Source of the DNA: Cenarchaeum sp.
GTDB lineage: Archaea; Thermoproteota; Nitrososphaeria; Nitrososphaerales; Nitrosopumilaceae
Direction: 5' to 3'
DNA: 64,000 bases
NCBI GenBank assembly: GCA_965212015.1
Contig: OZ243037.1
Location: 1,024,001-1,088,000 of the forward strand
The position numbers and the translations under genes were made by a program. Below are positions 1 through 9,648 of the stretch, piece after piece (the first letter of the stretch is position 1; every line of letters begins with the position of its first letter). Below the pieces are notes generated by a model. That model had not been told where the DNA came from. It saw only the letters and a list, made by a program, of their open reading frames with translations, and ran no database searches.

Positions 1-365
1 TGAGGATCAATTGGTCCCAGTTCTGCCAAATATCCCATCATGATTTTATCCGCACCCAGACACATCATCGTAGCCGCACTTTTTGCAAAGTTTGGTATGA
101 TGATTGTGAAATTTTCGGTAAATCGTTTTCTGCACATAATTAGTAATTTTTCAGCAGCATTGCCATTACCACCATTAGAATTTACAATCAAAATGCCTTT
201 TTTAGAATCGCCTACCGAACGTAACATTTCTTCAAAATAGGTAGTATCATGCAAACCTATACCGGAGAAGGGATGTTCAGGATTTTCAATATAAGATATT
301 AATTTCCCGCCTAATTTTTTCTCGATTAATTGAATTAATTTTTTGCGAGAGATGTGAATGCCCAT
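1..365 (-). CDS. ClpP-class serine protease (SDH_sah/SppA-like), runs off the left edge
   Basis: Manual translation from ATG at 365: MGIHISRKKLIQLIEKK...NSNGGNGNAAEK...PNFAKSAATMMCLGADKIMMGYLAELGPIDP. The S-x-GG, AKSAAT and LGPIDP motifs fit this family. AT-rich; absent from the ORF track. Confidence 0.8.
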   Translation of the reverse strand, partial: MGIHISRKKLIQLIEKKLGGKLISYIENPEHPFSGIGLHDTTYFEEMLRSVGDSKKGILIVNSNGGNGNAAEKLLIMCRKRFTENFTIIIPNFAKSAATMMCLGADKIMMGYLAELGPIDP

Positions 366-404
366 TTAATGTTTGAGTAAAAATTGGATCCTTGATAATG
401 TCTT

Positions 405-554
405 TCAAATGTTTGAGACCACGTCATAGGATCTATATACCATTTTGGGTTTTGTACTCAGTTTTTCCAGAATGTCCTGTAATTCCTTAAGTTCGTTATT
501 GCCGTTTTTTCCCTGTTCCACTATTGATCCTACAAATTCCTTCAAATCAGACAT
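405..554 (-). CDS. small hypothetical protein (49 aa), or a detached N-terminus of the downstream protease
   Basis: MSDLKEFVGSIVEQGKNGNNELKELQDILEKLSTKPKMVYRSYDVVSNI; TATA-like TTTAAATA about 20-27 nt upstream; same frame as the protease gene. Confidence 0.4.
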   Translation of the reverse strand: MSDLKEFVGSIVEQGKNGNNELKELQDILEKLSTKPKMVYRSYDVVSNI

Positions 555-767
555 GTTATCTAGGCAGTATTGGTATTTAAAAATGTATGTCTCTTGTGTA
601 AGCGGCTAGGTCCGGTGCCCGCAGAGCCAAGTATCCCTCCCGAATCTGACTGATTACTCGTTTGTACATCACGCCATGCAAGACACCCGTGATGCAAAGT
701 TTGAACCTGGTCGCAGTGGGGCATTACCACTCATTTTGCCCGACGGTGAATTCCAGCCGGCAATGGC

Positions 768-1514
768 TCACTTTTTAAAGCCAAGCAGGTATCCGCGTAA
801 TAGCTGTATTCCCATGGCGGGATCGACGCCCTTTGGGCACACCTGGCTGCACGAGCCGGCAAAATGGCACCGGCATATGCCGTGCGAGTCGTCAATTACC
901 TTGAGCCTGTCGTCCTTGCCCCTGTCGCGGCTGTCAGCCACGTACCTGTATGCCTGCGCTAGCGCCTGCGGGCCGATGAATGACGAGTCCGTCGCCATCG
1001 TGGGGCACGCAGAATTGCACAGGCCGCACTTTATGCAGCCAGAAAACTGCACAAACCGGTCTAGCTCCTCGGGGCTTTGCAAAAGCTCCTTTGGGTTCTC
1101 CGGTACCGCATCATCCCGTATAAGGTACGGCTTTAGCCTGTGGTGGGTCTCAAACATCCGATCAAAGCGCACCGCCAGATCGCGCATTACTGGAAAGTTC
1201 TTCATGGGCTCGACTGTTATGGTGTCGGAGTTTAGCTCGTCTATCTTTGTAAAGCACGCAAGGCGCGGCCTGCCGTTGATTATCATGCCGCAAGAGCCGC
1301 ACGTGGCCTGCCTGCACGAGTACCTCACCCCGATGCCGTGATCCAGGTTGTTTTTCACGTACAGTATGGCATCAAGCACGGTGGTCCATTTTTGCACGGG
1401 AACCTGGAATTGCGCGAACTTTCTTTTTTCGTCCGTGTCCGGGTTGTACCTTGCAATCCTTACCGTTATCATCCGGGACGGGGCTGGCCGCACCTCCGCA
1501 GGCTGTAGCGTCAT
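768..1514 (-). CDS. sdhB: succinate dehydrogenase iron-sulfur subunit
   Basis: SCRQATCGSC (2Fe-2S), CIKCGLCNSACP and CHFAGSCSQVCP motifs; operon context. Confidence 0.97.
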   Translation of the reverse strand: MTLQPAEVRPAPSRMITVRIARYNPDTDEKRKFAQFQVPVQKWTTVLDAILYVKNNLDHGIGVRYSCRQATCGSCGMIINGRPRLACFTKIDELNSDTITVEPMKNFPVMRDLAVRFDRMFETHHRLKPYLIRDDAVPENPKELLQSPEELDRFVQFSGCIKCGLCNSACPTMATDSSFIGPQALAQAYRYVADSRDRGKDDRLKVIDDSHGICRCHFAGSCSQVCPKGVDPAMGIQLLRGYLLGFKK

Positions 1515-1858
1515 GCTATTCCCCCGGTACTGGCGATAAATATAGTTCGCGAACCGTACGCAATCACGGCTATCATTGCCGCTACACAGCCGTACGAGAC
1601 TGCCTTTTCGTACCTTTGTCCCTGCCTCAGCTCAAGCAGGATGACCCTCAGGCCGTTAAAGCCGTGTATGGAGAGCAGCACCAGTATTATCTCGAGCATT
1701 CCCGCGTACGGCAGGAACTGATAGTTTGCAATCACGTTTTCGTACTCGAGGGATTCCGAAAAGTCCTTTGTCAGCCTGAACAGTATGTGGACTGCCACCA
1801 GCGCCACGGCGCCTAGCGCAGTCCCATAGTGGACCTTCATTATGGTGCTCTCCCTCAA
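1511..1858 (-). CDS. sdhD: succinate dehydrogenase hydrophobic anchor subunit
   Basis: Probable TTG start overlapping the sdhC stop (MRESTIMKVHYG...); three hydrophobic helices; HGFNGLR heme-ligand motif. Confidence 0.9.
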   Translation of the reverse strand: MRESTIMKVHYGTALGAVALVAVHILFRLTKDFSESLEYENVIANYQFLPYAGMLEIILVLLSIHGFNGLRVILLELRQGQRYEKAVSYGCVAAMIAVIAYGSRTIFIASTGGIA

Positions 1859-2292
1859 GGCACACCACCGAACATCACCGAAAGGCCGTACATCATTGCG
1901 GCGGCGGCAAGGACTATGGACGAGTATATGCCGATCTTGTGCCTTGCGTTCTGGGATCTGGGCGAGTACGGATAGTCCGGCCTCGCAGGCCTGCCGACGC
2001 CCACGCCGCCGTGGCCCAGCATTACGCGTATTCCGTTGGCAGTATGAAAGACGCACATTCCAATCACGATTGCAAGCACGATATGCCCCTCTGTAGTCTG
2101 CGTCATTGCGATCAGCTCGTCCCACCCTGCCTTGCCGCGCAGTATGTTGCTAGTCTCGTAAATGTGCGCCACAAAATACGCCAGCAGCCCGAGGCCGCTG
2201 AGCCGCATCAGCCAGTAGGCCACCCGCTCTATGCCGTAGCGCCGGGGGTTTGCCATCCCGCGGATTCCCTCGTTGTTTGGACTCTCCGACAT
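1855..2292 (-). CDS. sdhC: succinate dehydrogenase cytochrome b subunit
   Basis: RLSGLGL...AHI and FHTANGIR motifs; lies between sdhA and sdhD. Confidence 0.92.
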   Translation of the reverse strand: MSESPNNEGIRGMANPRRYGIERVAYWLMRLSGLGLLAYFVAHIYETSNILRGKAGWDELIAMTQTTEGHIVLAIVIGMCVFHTANGIRVMLGHGGVGVGRPARPDYPYSPRSQNARHKIGIYSSIVLAAAAMMYGLSVMFGGVP

Positions 2293-4004
2293 TAGTACTT
2301 CCTCTCTACTGGCTGGTAATTAGTTATCGTCACGGGGTGCGTCTTCATTATGGGCTCATTTGGATCATAATAGGCAAGCGTGTGGTGCATAAAGTGCGCA
2401 TCGTCCCTCCCCGTATAGTCAGTCCTGGCATGGGCCCCGCGCGATTCGCGCCTGTTTATGGCCCCGATCAGCACTATTTCCGAGGCCCGGAACATGGAAT
2501 CAAGCTCCATTACGTTGCTAAAGTTGGTATTGTACCGCTTTTCCTGGTCATCCACGTGCTTCCAGCTCTGATCGCGGAGCTGCCTTATCTTTTTCAGGCC
2601 CTCTGTCAGGTCGCGCTCGTTTCTGTACACGTACGCCTTTTCGTTCATCGTATCAGTCAGGGCCTGCCTTATCTCGTACGGGTTGACCCCGCCCTTGCCC
2701 CGGAATATTCCGTCATAGATTCTCTTTTCCTCAAGAGTGACAAGGTGGTGCGGAAACGGTATGTCGGTAAATCCTTTTTCAATATAGTCCACTGCCAGCT
2801 CGCCTGTTATCTTTCCCCACACAATACACTCGGATGTAGAGTTGGCGCCGAGCCGGTTGGAGCCGTGCGTGCTGTTGCATGCGGCCTCGCCTGCGGCCCA
2901 GACGCCGGCAAGCTCAGTTGCGCCGTCAATGTCGGTGTGTATGCCGCCCATCATGTAGTGGCATACGGGCCTGATGTCAAGTATGTCCTCTGCGGGATCT
3001 ATCCCCGAGAACTTTATGGAAATCTCCCTGATGCCGCCGAGCTTTTCCTTGATTATCTCGTCGCCCACGTGGCGCAGGTCAAGCTTCATACAGTCGACGC
3101 CGGTCTCGTGCTTGAACCCCCGGCCCTCGTTGATTTCCGTGATTATCGATCTGGACACAATGTCCCTCGGGGCCAGCTCCATCTTGCCGGGTGCGTACCT
3201 CTTCATGAACCGCTCCCCCTTACTGTTGACCAGGTGTCCGCCCTCGCCCCTTGCGCCCTCTGTAATTAGTATCCCCGACGGCAGTATTCCGGTGGGATGA
3301 AACTGTACAAACTCCATGTCCTTGAGTGCAATGCCGGCCCGGTACGCCATGTCCAGCCCGTCAGGCGTCGAGGAGTGCGCGTACGTCGAAAAGCTGTACA
3401 GCCGTCCGGCCCCGCCGGTTGCAATTATCAGCGCCTTTGCCTTTATGGCGTAAAACGTTCCAGACGACAGCTCGATTGCCGTTATTCCCAGAAACCGCTG
3501 CCCGTCGTGTATTATCGAGGTGGCAAACCACTCGTTGAGGTACTCTATGTTTTCGAATTTTTGGCACGTGTCATATAGTGTCTGCATCTCGTAGAATCCC
3601 ACCTTGTCAGACGCATACGTCGCCCGGGGATAGCTGTACCCCCCAAACGCCCTCTGATCAATCCTGCCGTCCTTTCGCCGCGACCACGGCATGCCCCAGC
3701 GGTCGAGCTGGTATATCTCCCTGGGCATCTCGCGGCAGAGCCGCTCTACTACGTCCTGGTCTGCCAGAAAGTCGCTGCCCTTTATGGTGTCATAAATGTG
3801 GGACTCTATCGAGTCGCCCTCGTCTTGCGCAATTACCGCCGCAGTGCCGCCCTCGGCAGAGACCGAATGCGAGCGCATGACCTGCACCTTTGAGACGACG
3901 CCGATCCTGATCTTTGGGTTTTTCTGCGCAGCCGAGATGGCGGCCCTCAGGCCCGCCAGGCCGGAGCCGCAGATGACAAGATCATACTCTATGGATTCCG
4001 TCAA
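2292..4004 (-). CDS. sdhA: succinate dehydrogenase flavoprotein subunit
   Basis: GSGLAG FAD-binding motif, RSHSVSAEGG covalent-FAD His, QFHPTG, HYMMGG, HGSNRLGANS; TTG start inferred at 4004. Confidence 0.97.
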   Translation of the reverse strand: MTESIEYDLVICGSGLAGLRAAISAAQKNPKIRIGVVSKVQVMRSHSVSAEGGTAAVIAQDEGDSIESHIYDTIKGSDFLADQDVVERLCREMPREIYQLDRWGMPWSRRKDGRIDQRAFGGYSYPRATYASDKVGFYEMQTLYDTCQKFENIEYLNEWFATSIIHDGQRFLGITAIELSSGTFYAIKAKALIIATGGAGRLYSFSTYAHSSTPDGLDMAYRAGIALKDMEFVQFHPTGILPSGILITEGARGEGGHLVNSKGERFMKRYAPGKMELAPRDIVSRSIITEINEGRGFKHETGVDCMKLDLRHVGDEIIKEKLGGIREISIKFSGIDPAEDILDIRPVCHYMMGGIHTDIDGATELAGVWAAGEAACNSTHGSNRLGANSTSECIVWGKITGELAVDYIEKGFTDIPFPHHLVTLEEKRIYDGIFRGKGGVNPYEIRQALTDTMNEKAYVYRNERDLTEGLKKIRQLRDQSWKHVDDQEKRYNTNFSNVMELDSMFRASEIVLIGAINRRESRGAHARTDYTGRDDAHFMHHTLAYYDPNEPIMKTHPVTITNYQPVERKY

Positions 4005-4107
4005 TTTCAGCCAGACTAGGAACTGGGCGGTTAAATATGTAATAACGCCCCGCGGGCAAGTGCCCGATCTTTTCAAGGCTTTTATTGCATCACGCCACCC
4101 AAGATTG

Positions 4108-4353
4108 ATGATAGACCCAAAGGACGCGTCTGCCGTGGCAGACGTTCTGGCAAAAAACCTGCTCGGCGTGGCCAAAAACCCGGTGAATTTCCAAAAGCTT
4201 CCGGATAGTTTCTGGGGCTATTTTGCAAGGGGGCACGACAAAAAGGGCGGCTTTGGGATTTTTGTGGCATACTCGGAGGACGAGTCGGACATTGACGGCC
4301 TGATAGGCATCTACGAGCAGTGGGTTGCAAAAAACAAGCCAAAAGGGAATTAA
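4108..4353 (+). CDS. hypothetical protein (81 aa)
   Basis: C-terminal part of ORF 3796..4353 that does not overlap sdhA; abuts the next gene. Confidence 0.6.
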   Translation: MIDPKDASAVADVLAKNLLGVAKNPVNFQKLPDSFWGYFARGHDKKGGFGIFVAYSEDESDIDGLIGIYEQWVAKNKPKGN

Positions 4354-5241
4354 ATGGTCCGGCCCCGTACAAGGGTGATGAAAAAGCTCAGGCAGCTCAT
4401 AAGGCGCGACGGGCCGCTGGTAATTCCGGGCGTCTATGACGCCATCGGCGCCAGGATAGTGCAGAGGACCGGCTTTGAGGCAATGTTTCAGACAGGCTAT
4501 GGCACGTCTGCCACGCTGTTTGGCATGCCAGACTATGGCTTTGTCGGCGCAGCAGAGACTGTCGGAAACGCAAAAAGAATCTGCAGTGCGGTGTCTGCCC
4601 CGGTCATTGTAGACGCAGACACCGGCTATGGAAACGCGCTAAGCGTGTGGAGGCTGGTCAGGGAGCTGGAGGCCGCAGGCGCATCTGGCATGTTCCTTGA
4701 GGATCAAAGGTGGCCAAAAAGGTGCGGGCACATGCAGGGAAAGGAGGTGGTGCCGCGCGAAGAGTATGCAGAAAAGCTGCAGGCCGCAGCAGACGCAAGG
4801 AGCAGCAGGGACTTTATCATTGTCGCGCGGACCGATGCGAGGGCGACAGACGGGCTGGAGGAGGCAATACAGCGCGGCAAGACAAACAAGAAAAACGGGG
4901 CAGACGTGATCTTTATAGAGGCGCCAAAATCCGTCGACGAGATGAGGATCATCGGCAAGTCGATTAACGCGCCGCTGGTGGCAAACATGATCGAAGGCGG
5001 CGGCACGCCGATGAGCTCCGCTGCCTCCCTGCACAGGATGGGCTTCAAGATTGTCCTGTACCCGCTCTCAATCCTGTATGCGAGCACGTTTGCCACACTG
5101 CGCATAATGGGGGAGCTAAAAAGGACGGGAACCACAAGGAGGCTGGAGGGGGAGATGGTGAGCTTTGATCAGTTCAACGATCTGGTGGATCTCCCAAAGT
5201 TCAAAAAGCTCGAAAAAAGATACTCTGGAAAGGATAAATAA
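4354..5241 (+). CDS. isocitrate lyase/PEP mutase family protein (methylisocitrate lyase-like)
   Basis: DADTGYG, EDQ..PKRCGH, VARTDA and GAD.IFIEA motifs. Confidence 0.92.
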   Translation: MVRPRTRVMKKLRQLIRRDGPLVIPGVYDAIGARIVQRTGFEAMFQTGYGTSATLFGMPDYGFVGAAETVGNAKRICSAVSAPVIVDADTGYGNALSVWRLVRELEAAGASGMFLEDQRWPKRCGHMQGKEVVPREEYAEKLQAAADARSSRDFIIVARTDARATDGLEEAIQRGKTNKKNGADVIFIEAPKSVDEMRIIGKSINAPLVANMIEGGGTPMSSAASLHRMGFKIVLYPLSILYASTFATLRIMGELKRTGTTRRLEGEMVSFDQFNDLVDLPKFKKLEKRYSGKDK

Positions 5242-5266
5242 AAAATTGTGCAAGTAAAGCACACAA

Positions 5267-5554
5267 CTATGCTGTCTTTCTCTTTACTTCGATCTCTATT
5301 GTTGAAACATTTCTGGATTTGCCGTCATTAGATTCTAGCGTCTCTGATCCGAGGTGAATGTTGCCTATCATATATCCGGCATTTTCGGATTTTCGCACGA
5401 TGATTTGCGATACATCCACGGCGCGTCCGATGCTCATGCCCCTGGCCTTGATGCTAACGGCGGGCAGGTTTGCTAGCTGCATTAGAGTCGATGTCACGTA
5501 TGCCATCAGCGGCTTTTTGCCTATGTAGATGGTGTCTCTTGTTTCAGTTGTCAT
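5267..5554 (-). CDS. albA: DNA/RNA-binding protein Alba
   Basis: IYIGKKPLMAYV, KARGMSIGRAVDV, VSTIEI. Confidence 0.95.
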   Translation of the reverse strand: MTTETRDTIYIGKKPLMAYVTSTLMQLANLPAVSIKARGMSIGRAVDVSQIIVRKSENAGYMIGNIHLGSETLESNDGKSRNVSTIEIEVKRKTA

Positions 5555-5646
5555 GGTACATCAGGCGCCCGTCGATAATTTAAATCTAGGATAGGGATCT
5601 GCCAGAAAACGAGGCTTTTTATGAAAAACACCCCCGTACAGTTCCC

Positions 5647-6213
5647 ATGGCATGCAGTCAAGCCGAGGCAAGGAGGATCCTGGAGGGCAGCTCAAAGCAG
5701 GAAAAGATCCGGTGTCTTGAGGGTCTTGCAGAGTCAAAGGACCCCGGCGTGATGCGGCTAGTCACTGCCAGGCTGGATGACGCAGACATCGAGGTCCGCG
5801 GCGAGGCCTTTGGATGCCTGATGGCAGGCAGGCAGGCCGAAGCATGCCTTATCGAGGGCCTCGACTCGGAAAAAAGAAACGTCAGGGGTTTTTGCGCGCT
5901 AATCCTGGCAAACCGCGGGGACAGGGGCGGAATCGACAGGATTGCAGAGATGACAGGTGATCCGGAATCCATGGTGCGCGAGTGCGCACTTGGGGCGCTG
6001 GGGTTTCTCGGCGCAGGGCAGGCGCGCAAAGAGATTCACGGGTGTCTTGCAGATCCCAGCCCGGAGGTGGTAAAGAGTGCGCTGAGGGCGGCAGCGGACA
6101 TTGGCGGCGGAATTTCAAAAAAAGAGGTGCAGGGTATTGCCGGCGGTGACGATGAGCTTGAGGAGCTAGTCAGGATGGCACAGGCGGGGACGCGACGCAG
6201 GCAGATCCCCTGA
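5647..6213 (+). CDS. HEAT repeat protein
   Basis: Repeated L-D-x-x-x-x-VR-x-x-A helical units. Confidence 0.85.
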   Translation: MACSQAEARRILEGSSKQEKIRCLEGLAESKDPGVMRLVTARLDDADIEVRGEAFGCLMAGRQAEACLIEGLDSEKRNVRGFCALILANRGDRGGIDRIAEMTGDPESMVRECALGALGFLGAGQARKEIHGCLADPSPEVVKSALRAAADIGGGISKKEVQGIAGGDDELEELVRMAQAGTRRRQIP

Positions 6214-6346
6214 ACTGGCAACGCCTGCCAGTACGCCGATGCGGGAATTGCGCAGGCAGGAATTTTGCGCGCGCCTCCAGCTCAACTGTTGATCAATTTC
6301 ACATGACTGTAATCTGTTATTACGAGGCCGGCATGTCAGTGTGCAG

Positions 6347-7070
6347 TTGACCTGAAACATAATCGTCGCCCTTGCCGCCGCCGCGTCCAGCACCGCGCTT
6401 TATGCGTCAAGTACTGAGAGCGACGAGGAATGGTTTGAGATTTATGCGGACGGCGATACGGTGTATTATAATGGCGCCATAAACACACAGGGCTATGAGG
6501 AATTCAGGCGGGTGATGGATGTGAATCAGGACGTGGATGCCATTGTCATAAATTCCGGCGGCGACACGGCGGCCGGAAGGGACATCGGGGAAATCGTACA
6601 CGAAAGCTAGATAGCAGACGAGATGTGCTTTTCATCCTGTGCAAATTACGTCTTTACAAGCGCCGCCAACAAGTACATCAGAGAAGACAGCCTTGTGGGA
6701 TGGCACGGCTCGGAGTCACAGTACGAAATCCTGGCAAAGACGGCGTGACGTACAGAGTGTCACCGACATCATAAGCGAGGGATACGCCGAGTCCGGCTTT
6801 TTTTTTTGGCGCATTGACGTGGATGTGGAAGAACAGTACAGCATACTGCTAGCCCGGCTGGCAGAAGAGTCGGAATTTTTCGACATGATAGGTCTGGACA
6901 AACAGGTGACATTAAACGGGCTGTCCGTTCTAGATGACGATGCCTGCATTGGCTGGACACATACAATCCAGACTGTGAACCGGTACAATATCGGCAGCAT
7001 AGAGTATCTCTCAGACGACGAATATCCCAGCAAAAAAGTGCTGGCAGACAATAAAATTTGCCTGATCTGA
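6347..7070 (+). pseudogene. decayed secreted ClpP/crotonase-fold protein
   Basis: One frame reads IIVALAAAASS...VYYNGAIN...AIVINSGGDTAAGRDIGEIVHES*IADEMCFSSCANYVFTSA...VGWHG. It has internal stops and then shifts into the ORF 6639..7070 frame (EESEFFDMIGLD...GWTHTI). Confidence 0.7.
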
Positions 7071-7237
7071 TGCGGCAGGGAGAGTGGCGCACCCGCCATA
7101 AAATTACGAAAAAACGCACGATCTGCATGAAAACCGAGTCCGGCGGGCCAAATGCCTGCAATCCGGGCCATCCGTCCCGAATCCGGATCGCAAATAATCC
7201 GTTTTATCCTGTCCAAAAAGTAGTTCACCCTGCCTGC

Positions 7238-7509
7238 TTGCCCGTGTGAGGCATCCGCAGACCAGCGGCAAGCTAGAAAGGCTGCGCGGGGAGATACAGC
7301 GTAAATTGCCCGAGTTTGAGGCCATAATGCAGCGTACAGGCGATCTGAGGTGGTACAACCATGACAGGCCGCACATGTCCCCCAATGATGACACGCCTGT
7401 CCAGGCATTCGCAAAAAAGATGCCCCCCAAGGGGACGACGGTTATTGACGGCCAGTCAGGAGAGATGTACGATGTCCGGTAAAAGGCGAACAGATTTCAG
7501 GATAGCACA
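7238..7509 (+). mobile_element. IS481-like element remnant (integrase-core C-terminus and right end)
   Basis: LARVRHPQTSGKLER...WYNHDRPHMS matches the rve C-terminal PQTNGK.ER / YN..RPH.SL pattern; followed by a 22-nt motif ending in ACA at 7509. Confidence 0.8.
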
Positions 7510-7686
7510 GGTCAAATTGTCTCAAACAATAGACATATAGAAGGTAATCGTCCATATATGATATGAATCGCATTTGGGCGGTTCTAGGGGGGTAGCACTC
7601 TGCAACTGTGCGGACCTACTTCCTGGATCCCACACGCACAACTCGATCACTGATACAATTAAGTACTCGTATTGCGAAATACTAGC

Positions 7687-7890
7687 ATGGCTTTGCTGGT
7701 CACAAAAAATGATTTTGTAGAAGTGGTGTGCAAATTCAAGGGCCATATTGTAAACAAGTCCGATGTCCAATACATTCGAGAGCATCCTGATGAGACACGT
7801 TTGGCAGTGTGCAAAAGATGCAATTTCCAAGTTTTAATAAAAATGGATCCGGACGATGATGATTATTACCTGATCTCAGATGCTGACTAG
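7687..7890 (+). CDS. small hypothetical protein with CxxC (67 aa)
   Basis: MALLVTK...C..KGH...CKRC...DYYLISDAD; clean ORF with possible Zn ligands. Confidence 0.6.
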   Translation: MALLVTKNDFVEVVCKFKGHIVNKSDVQYIREHPDETRLAVCKRCNFQVLIKMDPDDDDYYLISDAD

Positions 7891-8573
7891 TTCACATGAC
7901 AACGTCCAATAGCAACAAACGTGCCGAAAGTAACCGTAGGGATTTTTACCACATTGCCATTCATTTTGTTTTTGCCATATAGCCCAAAGCTTTACAATCG
8001 CTTCTGAAATACTGATCCCGATACACGGTGCGTTTACCAATGAAACATTTCTTGTAACGACGTCCCTATTTTTATCATATGTGATCACAGTATCAGGATG
8101 GGTGGGATATGCGCGTTCAATATCCGTAAAGCCTGCTGATATGCGCGTCCATACTTGTTGCGTATCATCTTTTAGTCGTCGTTGAGGTCACGGATCTTGA
8201 AATTTTCAGGAAAAGACTCGCAACTGTTCTCATTCATCATTATGATCGGAATGCTGATAGTGGGGTACAGGGTTTGGAAGTGGGACGTTAGAGACAAAAA
8301 TGCCTATTTCCAAATAATGTGAAAGATTCAAAAATGCTATTTGGAAACAGTAATTTTTAATCCTTACAGTCACGGGGGAAAAACCGATGATTTTTGCATG
8401 CCGGATTAGGGCCTTTTTTGTGGCAAGATATCCTGGATTTTCATCTGATGTTCTTTGAATTTCTGCGATGGTCCGAATTGCTGATCGCCGACGGCATTGC
8501 CGCATACTCGCCGTATCAGGCCAACGGTTCCATACCGGAGAACACGTCCATGATAGACTTTGTACTAAAGGCC

Positions 8574-8655
8574 GTGGGGACGACAGTTGTTGACGAGCAG
8601 AGCGGGGAGGAATGCCATGTCGAGTGAGGGGGGGAACGACTTTTTGGATCCCACC
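8574..8655 (+). mobile_element. second IS481-like 3' end remnant
   Basis: GTTVVDEQSGEECHVE* is homologous to GTTVIDGQSGEMYDVR* of the 7.4-kb remnant, and is followed by a similar 22-nt end motif at 8634-8655. Confidence 0.7.
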
Positions 8656-8736
8656 GTAAATAATCCGTTAGTAAACTTTATAAGCAATGTTGCAGTAATG
8701 GTTATATAGAAGGAAAAATGGATGTGACGATTTGAG

Positions 8737-9648
8737 ATGGTAAAAACTAGCAATCAAAAGGCAAAATGCCCGCGCTGTGGCAAGGGGTCTCTGGTGACTG
8801 ACGCAAGCACCGGCGAGAATTTCTGCGGCAAGTGCGGCTTTGTGATAACTGACAAGATAGCAGAGTCGGGGCCCGAATGGCGCTCCTTTTCCAAGGAGGA
8901 GAACGACGGAAGGAGCAGGGCCGGCGTGCCGACCTCGCTTGCCATGCACGACATGGGACTTGCGACCATAATCGGCACCGCAGACAGGGACGCCACCGGA
9001 AAGCCTCTTTCTGCATCCATGCGAAGCACGATTGAGCGGCTAAGGACGTGGGACAGCAGGAGCCAGGTCCACGAGCCAATAGACAGGAATTTCAGGCAGG
9101 CCTTCAGCGAGCTGGACAGGCTAAAGGACAAGCTGGCAGTGGGCGACGCAGTCATTGAAAAGGCCGCATACATTTACAGAAAGGCCCTGGAAAAGGGGCT
9201 GGTCAGGGGCCGCTCCATCTCTGCGCTGATCGCATCAGCATTGTACGCCGCCTGCCGCGACACCGAGACGCCAAGGACGCTCAAGGACATTGGCAACTCT
9301 AGCAATATCAAGCGAAAGGACATTGCAAGGTGCTACAGGCTGCTTCTTCGGGAGCTCGATCTCAAGATGCCCGTGGTCAATCCCGTAAAATGCGTGGCAA
9401 GAATCGCAAGCAAGGCCGGACTCTCTGAAAAGACAAAGCGCGATGCCACAAAGATACTCCAGACTGCCGAAAGGGTAAAGATATCTGCCGGCAAGGATCC
9501 CATGGGCCTTGCTGCTGCCGCGCTGTACGTGGCATGCGTGACGAACAACGAGAACAAGACGCAGCGGGACGTGGCAGAGGCGGCAGGAGTCACGGAGGTC
9601 ACCATACGTAACAGGTACAAGGGCCTCAAAGTGGTGCTAAACCTCTAG
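8737..9648 (+). CDS. tfb: transcription initiation factor IIB (TFB)
   Basis: CPRC...CGKCG Zn ribbon, GPEWRSF B-reader, two cyclin repeats, GKDPMGLAAAALY, TEVTIRNRYK. Confidence 0.98.
   Translation: MVKTSNQKAKCPRCGKGSLVTDASTGENFCGKCGFVITDKIAESGPEWRSFSKEENDGRSRAGVPTSLAMHDMGLATIIGTADRDATGKPLSASMRSTIERLRTWDSRSQVHEPIDRNFRQAFSELDRLKDKLAVGDAVIEKAAYIYRKALEKGLVRGRSISALIASALYAACRDTETPRTLKDIGNSSNIKRKDIARCYRLLLRELDLKMPVVNPVKCVARIASKAGLSEKTKRDATKILQTAERVKISAGKDPMGLAAAALYVACVTNNENKTQRDVAEAAGVTEVTIRNRYKGLKVVLNL

Noticed and set aside
695-725. GGTTCAAAC on the minus strand as a tRNA fragment or att site
   Set aside because: The T-stem pairs poorly and no acceptor or anticodon arms can be built.
6608-6750. 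In-frame TAG/TGA as pyrrolysine or selenocysteine recoding
   Set aside because: Accompanied by a frameshift and deleted residues, so ordinary pseudogenisation is the simpler explanation.
7876-8088. Histidine-kinase ATPase remnant (CIGISISEAIVK resembles GLGLSI..AIV)
   Set aside because: Only one short degenerate motif, which is not enough to call.
8105-8152. Direct repeat GATATGCGCGT (two copies, 32 bp apart)
   Set aside because: Only two short copies with no associated gene or further array.
8394-8560. IS6/IS1-like DDE fragment (LLIADGIAAY)
   Set aside because: A single short motif with no flanking similarity recognisable by eye.
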